This document shows, in pieces, positions 1 through 9,128 of a DNA stretch of 34,786 nucleotides. Made by a program: the position numbers and the translations under genes. The stretch lies in IMG/VR virus record IMGVR_UViG_3300008009_000023, positions 1 to 34,786 of that record; one strand, 5' to 3'. The notes under the pieces were generated by a model, which saw only the letters and a list, made by a program, of their open reading frames with translations, did no database searches and had not been told where the DNA came from. The DNA is from a virus (lineage: Duplodnaviria; Caudoviricetes). Numbering within the stretch: the first letter of the stretch is position 1; each line of letters opens with the position of its first letter.

Positions 1-338
1 CCGTGGTCCATGCCGATCTCGCGCCGTGCGGAGAAGTCGGTCTGGAACTCGTTCAGGAGGGTACGCTTGTCGCGGGCCAGAACGATGGTGTCCACGACGA
101 CCTGAGCACGGTCGAAGTTGCGAGTCGTGCTCCCCCGCCGCCGCCCGGCGTTCACGTCGTTGATCGCCTGAAGGGTCGAGTCGCCCATCCGGCGAACGGT
201 CTTGGTGTCGGTCCCCCGGATGGAGTGCATCGACACGAACTGGCGCATGATGGAACGCTTGGCGATCTGTGCATCGACAACACCGCCGTATTCCTCGATC
301 ATGTCGTTTCGGTCGAAGGAACTGATTTGGTCAACCAT
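1..338 (-). CDS. Major capsid protein, N-terminal part (runs off the window start)
   Basis: Hand translation from ATG 338 (RBS AAAGGAA): MVDQISSFDRNDMIEEYGGVVDAQIAKRSIMRQFV...RGTDT...VVVDTIVLARD...EFQTDFSARREIGMDH, which resembles T7 gp10/phiKMV capsid N-termini; directly follows the scaffold gene. Confidence 0.9.
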   Translation of the reverse strand, partial: MVDQISSFDRNDMIEEYGGVVDAQIAKRSIMRQFVSMHSIRGTDTKTVRRMGDSTLQAINDVNAGRRRGSTTRNFDRAQVVVDTIVLARDKRTLLNEFQTDFSARREIGMDH

Positions 339-382
339 GATAGGTTCCTTTACTGAGTGTGGTATTCTTCAGGCGATCTCTC

Positions 383-1273
383 TCAGATGCCCTGCTTCTT
401 CCCTGCGTTGCGCTGTGCACGCAAGGCGTTGAACTCGGATTCGGACGCACCGCGCCGGTACAGCCGATCAAGCTGCTCACCGTACTCACGGCGAGTGATC
501 CCCTTGACCGTGGTAGTGGCCTTGGTGTCAGGAGTGACCTGACCCTTGCCAGCCGCGAGTGCGGTGTTCTTGGGGTCGCTGTTGTAGCGGGAGATGATCT
601 CGTCCGCTGCGAACTTCGCCTGACGCCCGCCCTTGTCGAGCATGGCACGGAGTTCGTCCAGTTCTGCGGCGTCCATCTTGGCAGTGGCCCACTTGGTGGC
701 CTTCTTCCAGTTGTCCTCGCCGCCAGCCGCCTCGTGGACGACCTTGGTGACTTCCTGCAACCGAGCCTTCTCGCGGCTGGTGACAGTCTCGAAGCCCGCC
801 ATGATGAGCGTGGCCTTGGTCTTGCCGACAGCCTCGATCAGCTTGTCACGGTCCACGAGGGACGGGTCCATCTGCTCCCGAGCCTTGCCGAACAGTTCCA
901 GCGCCGTCTCCGGGGTCATGCCCGAGTTCTGGATCAGGGTGAGGGTGGACTTCCCGACTTCATCGTTCCCCGGATCACCCCACACGGAGGTGTCCAGTTC
1001 CTTGTCGTCGTTGTCATCCTCGTCCTCGTCCTCACCGTCCTTGGCAGCGGCGTCAGCGTCGGCTTTCGCCTTGGCTTCCTTCTCCGCAGCTTCCTTGGCG
1101 GCTTTGGCGTCGGTCCGCTCCTTGTTCGACGGGGCAGGGTCGCCGGTGTTTACGTGGTCGGGCTGCTGGCCCTGCGCGGCACCCGCGCCCTTGTCCTCGT
1201 CGTCATCAGCCGGGGAACTCCCACCGGGAGCGGCGTTGCCACCAGCCGGGGTCACGTTTCGCAGATCGGTCAT
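383..1273 (-). CDS. Capsid scaffolding protein (T7 gp9-like)
   Basis: Acidic low-complexity N-half and 'VHEAAGGEDNWKKATKWA' motif; lies between portal and capsid; RBS AAGGAGAG. Confidence 0.88.
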   Translation of the reverse strand: MTDLRNVTPAGGNAAPGGSSPADDDEDKGAGAAQGQQPDHVNTGDPAPSNKERTDAKAAKEAAEKEAKAKADADAAAKDGEDEDEDDNDDKELDTSVWGDPGNDEVGKSTLTLIQNSGMTPETALELFGKAREQMDPSLVDRDKLIEAVGKTKATLIMAGFETVTSREKARLQEVTKVVHEAAGGEDNWKKATKWATAKMDAAELDELRAMLDKGGRQAKFAADEIISRYNSDPKNTALAAGKGQVTPDTKATTTVKGITRREYGEQLDRLYRRGASESEFNALRAQRNAGKKQGI

Positions 1274-1282
1274 TCTCTCTCC

Positions 1283-2833
1283 TTACTTTCCAGATGCAGC
1301 CTTGCTTGCCACCTGAACTTCGCCCTGCTTCTGCATGAGGCGTTCTTCTTCGGCAAGTTGGGCGTTACGGTTCGCAGTCATCTCGTCCTGCGTGAACAGG
1401 AAGTCCTCTGCGGACACTCCGCGATTACGGAAGATGAAGGTTGCGAACTTCAGTGGGTTGAACGCAGCCCGGATTTCCTGCGGAACTGCGTCGAGCATCT
1501 GAAGGTCCGTAACGGCCAGCCGGAGTGCATCCAGCTTTCCTTCTCTGCTCAGGCTCTCCAAGCCCGTCACGACAGTCGTCTCGAAAGCCTGCTCTCCATT
1601 CGGCAGGTACGAGTTGAAGTCGATTTGAGCCAGTTGGTACTCGGCTTCCTTGCGCTGCCAGTCGAGTGCGAGGCGGCTGTACAGCCCACCAAACGCGCTC
1701 TCGATCTCGCGGGCGAAGAAGCGGATTTCTTCTGCGGTAACACGCTCGGCATCGCGAACGCCTGCACTCGACAGTAGAAACGCTTGCGCGAGTTCCCGTT
1801 CCAGCTTGGCGATTGCCTCACCGATGAACTGGACCTCTACAGCGAACTTGAACTGAGGGACAGTGATGTCGCCTTCCTTACCCGGCAGGTACTCGCCCCG
1901 CTTGGCATTGTTCCAAGCATCCACGTCGAAGCTGCTCGTGTCGTTCACGAGGAACTTGATGTCTGCCGCCACGCCGATCAGGTCGATCATGGCTTCGGTC
2001 ATCACGTCGATGTTGTGGAAGCTGACCGAGTAGTCCTCGACCAGACCACGACCGTAGTGGTCTCCCCGGCCAAGGTTCCAAGTCAGTACGAGGCAAGGGA
2101 AGTCCTCGTCCTTGTAACTGGTCTTGGCCTTTTCCAGTTCGATCTCGTCCACGGCTTGGCGCATGTGCCACTTGCCGCCCTCATGCCAGTAGTACGTGTA
2201 CAGTTCGACAGGGCTGTCGTCCTGATACTTCTTCGACTTGGCGTTGGCTTTCAGTTGCTCGCGGAGGTCCTCGTCCAGTGCACCGTACAGCTTGCAGTCC
2301 CGAAGGATGACTTCGCGCAGCTTACCACTGATCTCCCGAGAGACGCAGTAGTCGCGGATGCTGTAGACCACCCGGTTGTTGTCGGGCAGGCGGTAGATCA
2401 GGGCGTTGCCCGTCACGATCTTAAGGCTGACTGCGGCCACCGCCACCGGGCGGTAAGAAGTGAGGTTCAGGTTCCGCATTGCTGCGTTCTCTGCCTCGAT
2501 CAGCCCGGCGTCGAGCGCCTGCTTTTCCTCGTCTGAGGCTTCAGCGAAGAACTTCCGCTTGGCCTCGGGTGTCAGCGTGACTGCGAAGAACGGCTTGTCG
2601 TTCGGGAACATGGTGTCCACGATGCGGTGCGACAGGTGGTTGACCAGTCGAGCGCCAATCGCGACGTTCCCCTTCTCGCTTTCTTCCGGGTTGTCCGTCC
2701 GGGCGTTGTCCTCGTGCGGGAAGATCGAGGGCACCGTCCACCGTGCGTACTGTTCGCATCGGTCGAGCAGGTCTCCCTTACGCCCGTCGAGGGCCATCCA
2801 GTGTCCAGCGAGGCTGGTGCCCTCGCGGATCAT
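1283..2833 (-). CDS. Portal / head-tail connector (T7 gp8-like)
   Basis: 516 aa; GARLVNHL, YGRGLVEDY, RDAERVTAEEIR and FGGLYSRL motifs typical of T7-like portals. Confidence 0.95.
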   Translation of the reverse strand: MIREGTSLAGHWMALDGRKGDLLDRCEQYARWTVPSIFPHEDNARTDNPEESEKGNVAIGARLVNHLSHRIVDTMFPNDKPFFAVTLTPEAKRKFFAEASDEEKQALDAGLIEAENAAMRNLNLTSYRPVAVAAVSLKIVTGNALIYRLPDNNRVVYSIRDYCVSREISGKLREVILRDCKLYGALDEDLREQLKANAKSKKYQDDSPVELYTYYWHEGGKWHMRQAVDEIELEKAKTSYKDEDFPCLVLTWNLGRGDHYGRGLVEDYSVSFHNIDVMTEAMIDLIGVAADIKFLVNDTSSFDVDAWNNAKRGEYLPGKEGDITVPQFKFAVEVQFIGEAIAKLERELAQAFLLSSAGVRDAERVTAEEIRFFAREIESAFGGLYSRLALDWQRKEAEYQLAQIDFNSYLPNGEQAFETTVVTGLESLSREGKLDALRLAVTDLQMLDAVPQEIRAAFNPLKFATFIFRNRGVSAEDFLFTQDEMTANRNAQLAEEERLMQKQGEVQVASKAASGK

Positions 2834-3192
2834 AGTCCAACCCTCCGCGATGCGCGGCTAGACTGACCAATTCCGCCAACGGGGCGCGGAGTTCCCACAC
2901 CGCCGACACGAGCACCGACCGACCCGGTCCTGCTCGTCGCACCGCCTTGACCCGCACCAGCAGTGGCAGTGGCAGTGGGTGCAGCGCCTTCACCGCGACC
3001 GAGGCGGATGTCCGCTCCGGTCTCGTCTCGGGCGGCGTTCAGCCCTGCACGCTCCCGCGCTTGCTGTTCCTGTCGGTTCAGTCGCGCAACCTGCTGACGC
3101 GCGGCCTTCTTCTGCTGATTGACGCTGTACACCGTGGCCGCAGCACCGACGACCGCAGCGCCAATGATAGCGGCAGTGGTAAATGCTGCCAT
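2830..3192 (-). CDS. Small Ala/Gly-rich virion protein (gp6.7/7.3-like position)
   Basis: Start MAAFTT at 3192 after GGAG; hydrophobic N-terminus and basic Gly-rich tail; overlaps the portal start. Confidence 0.6.
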   Translation of the reverse strand: MAAFTTAAIIGAAVVGAAATVYSVNQQKKAARQQVARLNRQEQQARERAGLNAARDETGADIRLGRGEGAAPTATATAGAGQGGATSRTGSVGARVGGVGTPRPVGGIGQSSRASRRVGL

Positions 3193-3202
3193 AGCACGTC
3201 TC

Positions 3203-3613
3203 CTAGAGTAAGAGCCTGTGGCTCGTTTCGATGGAAGTGTATCCCCGGCGCATGAGCACCCGTTCAACACCAGCGTTGACCTCAAGTGTGGTCATCCGCA
3301 CTTCGTCCACTCCAAGTTCCCTGCCTCGGTGCTCGAACGCATCAAGCAGTCTGAGACCGTCACGGCCCTCGGAGTACCAAGCCGTTTCCACCAGCACTTC
3401 CCAATCCCGACATGGGTCGGAGATGTGGACGCCAGTGATGGCTCCGGTGTCCGTCCGAAGTACGACGCCCTGTTCTGCCACGATCAGCCCGGTTAGGTAG
3501 TTCACCAGCTTGTCGAGGTTGAGCGGTATTCCGTAGTAACGGTCGTTGAAATGTTCCGCCTTCTCGATGAGAAAGGGGATGTCGTCCAGTGTGCAGTCAC
3601 GTACCTTTGTCAC
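3203..3613 (-). CDS. GNAT-fold acetyltransferase-like protein
   Basis: 'VRDCTLDDIPFL', 'ETAWYS..G.RLLDAFE..GRELG', 'LMRRGY'; usual position before the portal in phiKMV-like phages. Confidence 0.7.
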   Translation of the reverse strand: MTKVRDCTLDDIPFLIEKAEHFNDRYYGIPLNLDKLVNYLTGLIVAEQGVVLRTDTGAITGVHISDPCRDWEVLVETAWYSEGRDGLRLLDAFEHRGRELGVDEVRMTTLEVNAGVERVLMRRGYTSIETSHRLLL

Positions 3614-3833
3614 GACGCAACTCCCTTATGAGCCGGGTCGAAGTGGACATGACGAACTCCGGGCCGAGTGTCCTGCCGAGTATCTTCAGCAGATCAGCCT
3701 TCGCTCGCTCATAACCGATATGGTACACGGTCGATGTCTCACTCAGTTCCGCAGGTTCCAGTGCTGCTAGGAGTTGGATCATAACCTGTCGGTCAACCAA
3801 CGCCTTTCCTGTGATGGAAGTAAGGTCTGTCAT
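3597..3833 (-). CDS. Hypothetical protein, first gene of the late block
   Basis: 78-aa ORF with strong RBS AAGGAGAG, downstream of the phage promoter. Confidence 0.7.
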   Translation of the reverse strand: MTDLTSITGKALVDRQVMIQLLAALEPAELSETSTVYHIGYERAKADLLKILGRTLGPEFVMSTSTRLIRELRRDKGT

Positions 3834-3944
3834 TCAGTCTCTCCTTCTGAATAGTAGATAGAGATAATCCTGTTATAGATTACCTGTATATACTATCCAT
3901 GTATAAACTAGGTGTATATTACAGCCAATAACATTGGATATACA

Positions 3945-3998
3945 GATACCGGGGTAGCTTTCAGGCCGCACTAAGCGACTATACACTACCCCGGCATC
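3945..3998 (-). other. Long RNA hairpin, RNase III-site-like
   Basis: GAUGCCGGGGUAG (3998-3986) pairs with CUACCCCGGUAUC (3957-3945), with a G-U pair only on the minus strand; inner stem GUCGC/GCGGC. Confidence 0.6.
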
Positions 3999-4024
3999 CG
4001 AGACCCAGCGGGAGAGAACGCCTT

Positions 4025-4044
4025 TGTCTATATGTGTGGAACTC
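4025..4044 (-). promoter_or_regulatory. Phage RNAP promoter (late), copy 1
   Basis: GAGTTCCACACATATAGACA; the 17-bp core is identical at 24231-24247 and 32456-32472; lies immediately after the RNAP stop; ends in T7-like TATAG. Confidence 0.85.
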
Positions 4045-4046
4045 GT

Positions 4047-6497
4047 TTATCCAAAGAAATACAAGGACTTACGAACCCCTTCCAGATCAAGCGTCCCGGT
4101 CTCAGGTAGGTCCGGTAGGGTGATCCCTGTCCGTTCCTCCTGCTGAAGTTTGAACTCCGAGAGCACGCTGTGCTGCGAGTGCAGCTTCACGAACTGGTCT
4201 CGGATGATCTCGTGCCACTCGTCAACATGACAGGCGTGAACTCCGAAGTCGTCGTGGATCATGGCGAAGCTGGTGATGCCTCGTCGTGCTCCCTCGCTGA
4301 CTACCATGTGCATGTGCGTGGCGTCTACGCTATGCACAAGGTTCGGGCTGGAACCCGATGCAGCCTTGTACATATCGACGCCGGGCATCTCCTTCTTGAT
4401 CTGAAGTGCGATCCTTCCTCCGATCTGCGCCTCTACACGCTTGACCGAGGTATTTGGTGCGAACTGCACCATCGGAAAGCCCAGCGGCGTGGTGTAGATC
4501 AGAGGCTCGTCTGCCTTCGCTAGAACTCTGGCGCACTTCTGCATCCAGTCCATAGCCGCCCGTGCTGCCACGACGACCTCTCCGATGGACTTCCAAAGAA
4601 GCTGGGACAGGAACACGCTGTGCTTGAACGCGGTGTTCTTCGGGAAGAAGTCGATCCGCTGTTCCAGATACCATCCGTACACCGACTGCGTGCACGTCTG
4701 AAGCGTCGATCCGTAGGGCAAGGTCATCACCGGCTTCTTCGCCAGCTTCCGGCCCATCTTGCCGTCCGACACCTTCTTGAACAAGGCCATCCAGTTCGCC
4801 GCGAGTGTGTAGTGCTCGTGCTCAGGGTTGGTCAGCAGTGCTCGCAGCTTGTCGGTGGCGACATCAGCCACATCCTGATAGATGTCCGAGGGTCGTCCAG
4901 CGGGAGTGAGGTTGACAGACTGTCCTCCCACCGGATCACGGAGCATTGCAGAGAAATGCTGTAGTCCGTTGCAAGACCCGTCAAGAGCGATTGACAGTCT
5001 CGACACAAACCGTGCAGGGCCTCCGCTGGTATGAACAGCAGCCGCGTACTCCATGCACCATGCAAGGAACTGATAGGGCTTGTCCGCACCCTTCCAAGTA
5101 TCTGTGTTCCCCAGCGGGTCAAGCCCTGCCGCGATGATGGCAGAGGCTCGATCTTGAACCCAGCGAACTCTGCCGTCGTAGTCGTCCTTGTCGTATCCAT
5201 ACTTGTTCGCTCCGTGCACTTGGAACCAGTACCAGCCTCGGTCGCCAAGTGGTTTCGCTTCTCCGAAGTGCAGCAGCGCCTTGGACACATCCGATCCCTG
5301 CGGGCTTACTCCATTCGTGGTGCTGTAGGTCCGACCCCGGAAGTCCATCTGGTAGACCATCCAGAGTAGGTCGATCTCCTGCATCCGGGCAGCGAGACGC
5401 ATAGCGCGAACCACAGCCATCAGACCGGCTTTACGCTCTGTCTCAAGACCGTGCAGTGTACGCGCTTCCGCCTTCCACTCATCGAAGCGCAGCTTGTCGA
5501 GGCCGTGCAAGTCCTTCGGAGCCTTGCCCTCGGGGATCGGCGCTGGCGGTATCTCGAAGGGCTGCGACCGCGGCATCCCGATCTCAAGTCCCCTGTTCCA
5601 GACTTCGCGGACGACCTCAAGCAAGGGCTGGTTTATCTTCCAGCTTGTCCGCTGCATGGCGTTCACGCTTTCAAGGATCACGGGCATCGCCGCGCTGTCG
5701 AGAAGCGGTGCCTGCGTGTCGCGCTGCTGTCCTGCCCGCGTCTTTACGAGAGGGGTCAGCCCGGACATGCGGCTCGTGTAGAACCCGCCGTCCTTCCAGC
5801 CGGTCCAGTCCCGAGGCTCGATGATGCACGGCATCCTGTCGGGCAGCATGACCTCGACACTCTGGTCATGCTTCTCAATCCACTCGATGACCTCGGCGCT
5901 AGGGCTGAACTGCACTGCCCCGTTGATCTTCTTCCGTTCGATCAGATCAGAGGCTACTTCAGAGCAGGTCAGCAGTAGCAGGCCGACGCCGATGTGCGTC
6001 TCGTTGGTCCACGACACCCACTCCACGCCTTTCTCGGTCATGGTGTTCACGAGGACGCGGTGTCTGTGCCGGTACTGCGTGGACTTTCGGCTGTCCAGAT
6101 CGCGCTGAACCGCGTTGTAGTATTCCGGCAACTCGATCTCGAACTTGCTGAAGCGCAGTTCGTCCTCCACCATCTTGCCTACCGACGCTGCCACTTTCTG
6201 AACGGTGGCAGGCTTGTGGACGCACTCAACGACCTTGGTCAGAACGAACAGGGCCAGCTTATCGGGATCAACTCCGCGTACCAGCTTGATGTACATATTG
6301 CGTTGTTTGGTGTTGTTCACTCGTTCGGTGATCTCTGCACTGACCTGCGAGAGATAAACCCGCAGGAGCCGGGCACCAGCAGAAGTGTCAGCGAACCGCT
6401 CACTGTCCTTGGCCTTCTGTTCCTGTACCCGGAAGCGGGACACGCCAAGCGCGGTCATGTCGCGCTCCCACTTCTTCTGCTCACTGATCTCGGGCAT
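4047..6497 (-). CDS. Single-subunit DNA-directed RNA polymerase (T7 gp1 family)
   Basis: DFRGRTY, PQGSD, motif A LDGSCNGLQH, motif B RKLAKKPVMTLPYG, motif C IHDDFG, C-terminal YFFG. Confidence 0.98.
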   Translation of the reverse strand: MPEISEQKKWERDMTALGVSRFRVQEQKAKDSERFADTSAGARLLRVYLSQVSAEITERVNNTKQRNMYIKLVRGVDPDKLALFVLTKVVECVHKPATVQKVAASVGKMVEDELRFSKFEIELPEYYNAVQRDLDSRKSTQYRHRHRVLVNTMTEKGVEWVSWTNETHIGVGLLLLTCSEVASDLIERKKINGAVQFSPSAEVIEWIEKHDQSVEVMLPDRMPCIIEPRDWTGWKDGGFYTSRMSGLTPLVKTRAGQQRDTQAPLLDSAAMPVILESVNAMQRTSWKINQPLLEVVREVWNRGLEIGMPRSQPFEIPPAPIPEGKAPKDLHGLDKLRFDEWKAEARTLHGLETERKAGLMAVVRAMRLAARMQEIDLLWMVYQMDFRGRTYSTTNGVSPQGSDVSKALLHFGEAKPLGDRGWYWFQVHGANKYGYDKDDYDGRVRWVQDRASAIIAAGLDPLGNTDTWKGADKPYQFLAWCMEYAAAVHTSGGPARFVSRLSIALDGSCNGLQHFSAMLRDPVGGQSVNLTPAGRPSDIYQDVADVATDKLRALLTNPEHEHYTLAANWMALFKKVSDGKMGRKLAKKPVMTLPYGSTLQTCTQSVYGWYLEQRIDFFPKNTAFKHSVFLSQLLWKSIGEVVVAARAAMDWMQKCARVLAKADEPLIYTTPLGFPMVQFAPNTSVKRVEAQIGGRIALQIKKEMPGVDMYKAASGSSPNLVHSVDATHMHMVVSEGARRGITSFAMIHDDFGVHACHVDEWHEIIRDQFVKLHSQHSVLSEFKLQQEERTGITLPDLPETGTLDLEGVRKSLYFFG

Positions 6498-6893
6498 TTA
6501 CTTCTCCTTGAGTGCAGCCCTCTTTTCGCGGGCCTTCTTGTTCCGCGCGAGGCGCTTCTCAGCTTCGGTCTTGTGCGTCGGGTGCCAGACCCCACCGTGC
6601 TGCGGCTTCTCATGCCGTCGCCAGTAGGCAACCAGCCTCTCGATCCACTCGATCTCCGACATGCCGTTCCTGGCACGACGAGCAAGGTTGAACACCTTGC
6701 CTTCGATCCCGTTGCAGTTCAGGCAAAGCACGTCCCTGATGAACCCGGTCTTGTGGTCGTGGTCGAGGACTGGTCGCTTGTCCTTCAGCGTTTTCATCCG
6801 CCCACCACAAAGTATGCAGGTGTAGTTCTGCTTCTTCAGCAGTATGTCCCGCGCTGGCGAGACCTCAGTCGTCTTGAGACGCCGGTTCTCCAT
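6498..6893 (-). CDS. Recombination endonuclease VII
   Basis: CxxC...LDHDHKTGFIRDVLCxxCN motif. Confidence 0.92.
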   Translation of the reverse strand: MENRRLKTTEVSPARDILLKKQNYTCILCGGRMKTLKDKRPVLDHDHKTGFIRDVLCLNCNGIEGKVFNLARRARNGMSEIEWIERLVAYWRRHEKPQHGGVWHPTHKTEAEKRLARNKKAREKRAALKEK

Positions 6894-7089
6894 GCTGGAG
6901 CCTTTCCTCGTACTTGCCGATCCAGAACATATATTCCTCGTTCAGTTCCTCGGGATCAGCGTAGAGCATGTCGTCCGCGTCAGCGGTGCCGTTCATCACG
7001 GCCATGTAGTGCTTGTGCACCGCCGAAGCGACCTCCTTGATCTCTGCTGCACTCAGGTGGTCCGTCTCGTAGTGCGTGTCCGTTGTCAT
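6865..7089 (-). CDS. Small acidic hypothetical protein
   Basis: 74-aa ORF overlapping both neighbours, RBS AAGGAGG. Confidence 0.6.
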   Translation of the reverse strand: MTTDTHYETDHLSAAEIKEVASAVHKHYMAVMNGTADADDMLYADPEELNEEYMFWIGKYEERLQHGEPASQDD

Positions 7090-8183
7090 TTCTTGATGAC
7101 CTCCTTGAGCCAGTGCAGCACATCGTTCTCGTCAGAAGTTCGCCGCATCCACAGCAGCTTCATCTCGGAGAACAGGGCTTGTGTCGGGGTGACGACCTCG
7201 CCGGTGCGCCAGTGGGTGAACTCGTACCCGTGGTCCTTCGCCAGCCGCTCGTAGCAGGCTTTCACGGTCTCGAAGCACTCCCGATCATTCCGGGCGTCCT
7301 TCAGCAGAGCGTAGGTGAGCACGGGTCCGCACTTCTTGGTCTTGGCCGTAAGTTGCGCCAGCTTCTTGTCCAGCTTGTCGGCCACCGCCTTGTCGTGCGT
7401 GGCGATCCACTGAGCATACGTGTCGCGGTACGCTGCGGTGCCACTGTACGTCTGCCACATGATGCCGGGACACTCGGGAAGTCCGCTGATGTTGTCGGCA
7501 GCATCTCCCATGAGGCACTGCGCCCAAAAGAACTTGGTGCCTCTCCCGACGACCTTCTTGCTCGACTTGCTGTCGTCAATCTCGATGAACCCGAAGTGGT
7601 CGTCCTGCCGAGTGATCGCGTAGGTCTGCATGTTCAGCTTCAGTCCGGGCACCATGTACAAATCCTTGTCGGCACTGCACAGGATGGCGTTCTCGAAGTC
7701 GGCGTACAGGGCTTGCGTCATGCCATCGTCAGCTTCCTGCTGAGTGTGGTTGCGTCCCTCGAACACTCCGGTGGTGTCTCCGACACCCGATCCGAGGAAC
7801 TCCCGAATGGCGTCCAGATGCTCAGGCCGGTTGTCCCGGTCTGCGCGGTTCGCTTGGTAGGGCTTCAGGATCGCAGTACGATCTCGGCCACCCTTGTTCG
7901 ACTGGTGCGTGGTGTGCAGCACGGCTCGCTCAGCACCAGCCAGACGACGAATGTGATCCACAGCCTGCTTCGTATTGTGCAGCATGTCCTCGTAGGTTTT
8001 GCGGGGCGTTGGATCGTCGTGGTCCAACTCCGCTTTGCTCTCCGCACTCACCTGATACGCCATGAAGTCGGCGTCGATGTGTGCAACTCGGCCAGCAACC
8101 GGCTTCGGGTACTGGTCCATCTGGCCGGGAAGGGACGCGACCGTAGCCGCGTCCACCCCGAACCTGCTCAGCAGGTCGCCCAT
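7086..8183 (-). CDS. 5'-3' exonuclease (T7 gp6 / FEN family)
   Basis: HIDADF, PYQANR, EADD, SADKDL, LMGDAADNISGLP motifs. Confidence 0.92.
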   Translation of the reverse strand: MGDLLSRFGVDAATVASLPGQMDQYPKPVAGRVAHIDADFMAYQVSAESKAELDHDDPTPRKTYEDMLHNTKQAVDHIRRLAGAERAVLHTTHQSNKGGRDRTAILKPYQANRADRDNRPEHLDAIREFLGSGVGDTTGVFEGRNHTQQEADDGMTQALYADFENAILCSADKDLYMVPGLKLNMQTYAITRQDDHFGFIEIDDSKSSKKVVGRGTKFFWAQCLMGDAADNISGLPECPGIMWQTYSGTAAYRDTYAQWIATHDKAVADKLDKKLAQLTAKTKKCGPVLTYALLKDARNDRECFETVKACYERLAKDHGYEFTHWRTGEVVTPTQALFSEMKLLWMRRTSDENDVLHWLKEVIKK

Positions 8184-9118
8184 CAGTCGAGACCGAGATC
8201 GGCCAGCGGGTCGTCAGAGGCGCTGGGAGCGGCCTTGGAGGGCTTCTCCGTCTCGCCGGTGTCCTCGGACCCGGAGACCCCTTCATCGCCGCTAGCGCCC
8301 ACCAGATCGTCCAGATCAGGCTCCTGCTCGCCCGGGTCCGTGGAGACCTCAGGCAGATCGCCGTCGATGCTGGCGATCACGAGGTTCTGGACCGGGGAAC
8401 CCTCCCAATTCAGGGCCGACTTCACGGTGTTCTGAAGCCAGTTCTTGCTGACCTCAACTTCCTTGTCGTCCTCCTTGCGCTTGTACGTGCCGGGGATGTG
8501 GATGCTGTTCCACTGTTCGATGCTCGGGGCATCCCACAGCAGCAGGCGCTCGGTCGCGGTCGCAGCCGGTGCCTTCAGCGGCTCGGTCTCGCCTTCCTCG
8601 TTCACGCGCACCGGGGCACTGACTTTCCAGTTCCCGCTGTCGTCCTTGATGTTGGCGTAAACGCGCTTCTTGCCGTCCTTCTCGACCTCGTTGTGAACGA
8701 TGGTCAGGATGAACGCCTCGCCCAGCATGAAGGCCATGTGGGTGTTGCCGCGTCCGTAGTCCATCGCGCTGAGCAGCTTGTAGAAGCCCGCACGCGGTCC
8801 CGACTTGATGGCGACCCGCTCGGTGATGATCGGGTACACGATCCGCTTGACCGTCTGGCCGGTCTCGTCATGCGTCTCGATCTCCTTCGCGTGCTTCTTG
8901 CCAAGCAACTCGAACTGGATGATCGCCTCGGGAGCAGGCGGCTTGGCCTTGCCCTGAAACGCCTTCTGCGGGTGGTTCCCGATCTCGACATACGAGATGA
9001 ACCGGGCGATGCACGGGCCAGCAGCGGGCGGCTCGTACTCGAAGTTGCCGCCCTTGTCCTCGGTCTGGTCGGCCAGCTTGGCGGCTGCGGCGCGGGCCTG
9101 TTCAATGAGTGAAGTCAT
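8183..9118 (-). CDS. Conserved phiKMV-type replication-block protein, possibly ssDNA-binding, with an acidic tail
   Basis: Start MTSLIEQ at 9118 (RBS AAGGAGAG); sits between polymerase and exonuclease; acidic C-terminus ending DDPLADLGLD. Confidence 0.6.
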   Translation of the reverse strand: MTSLIEQARAAAAKLADQTEDKGGNFEYEPPAAGPCIARFISYVEIGNHPQKAFQGKAKPPAPEAIIQFELLGKKHAKEIETHDETGQTVKRIVYPIITERVAIKSGPRAGFYKLLSAMDYGRGNTHMAFMLGEAFILTIVHNEVEKDGKKRVYANIKDDSGNWKVSAPVRVNEEGETEPLKAPAATATERLLLWDAPSIEQWNSIHIPGTYKRKEDDKEVEVSKNWLQNTVKSALNWEGSPVQNLVIASIDGDLPEVSTDPGEQEPDLDDLVGASGDEGVSGSEDTGETEKPSKAAPSASDDPLADLGLD

Positions 9119-9128
9119 GTGTCTCTCC

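Noticed and set aside
3203-3613. GNAT gene as part of a DNA-modification system
   Set aside because: Its position before the virion and portal genes is usual for phiKMV-like phages, and it is unlinked to the nucleotide island
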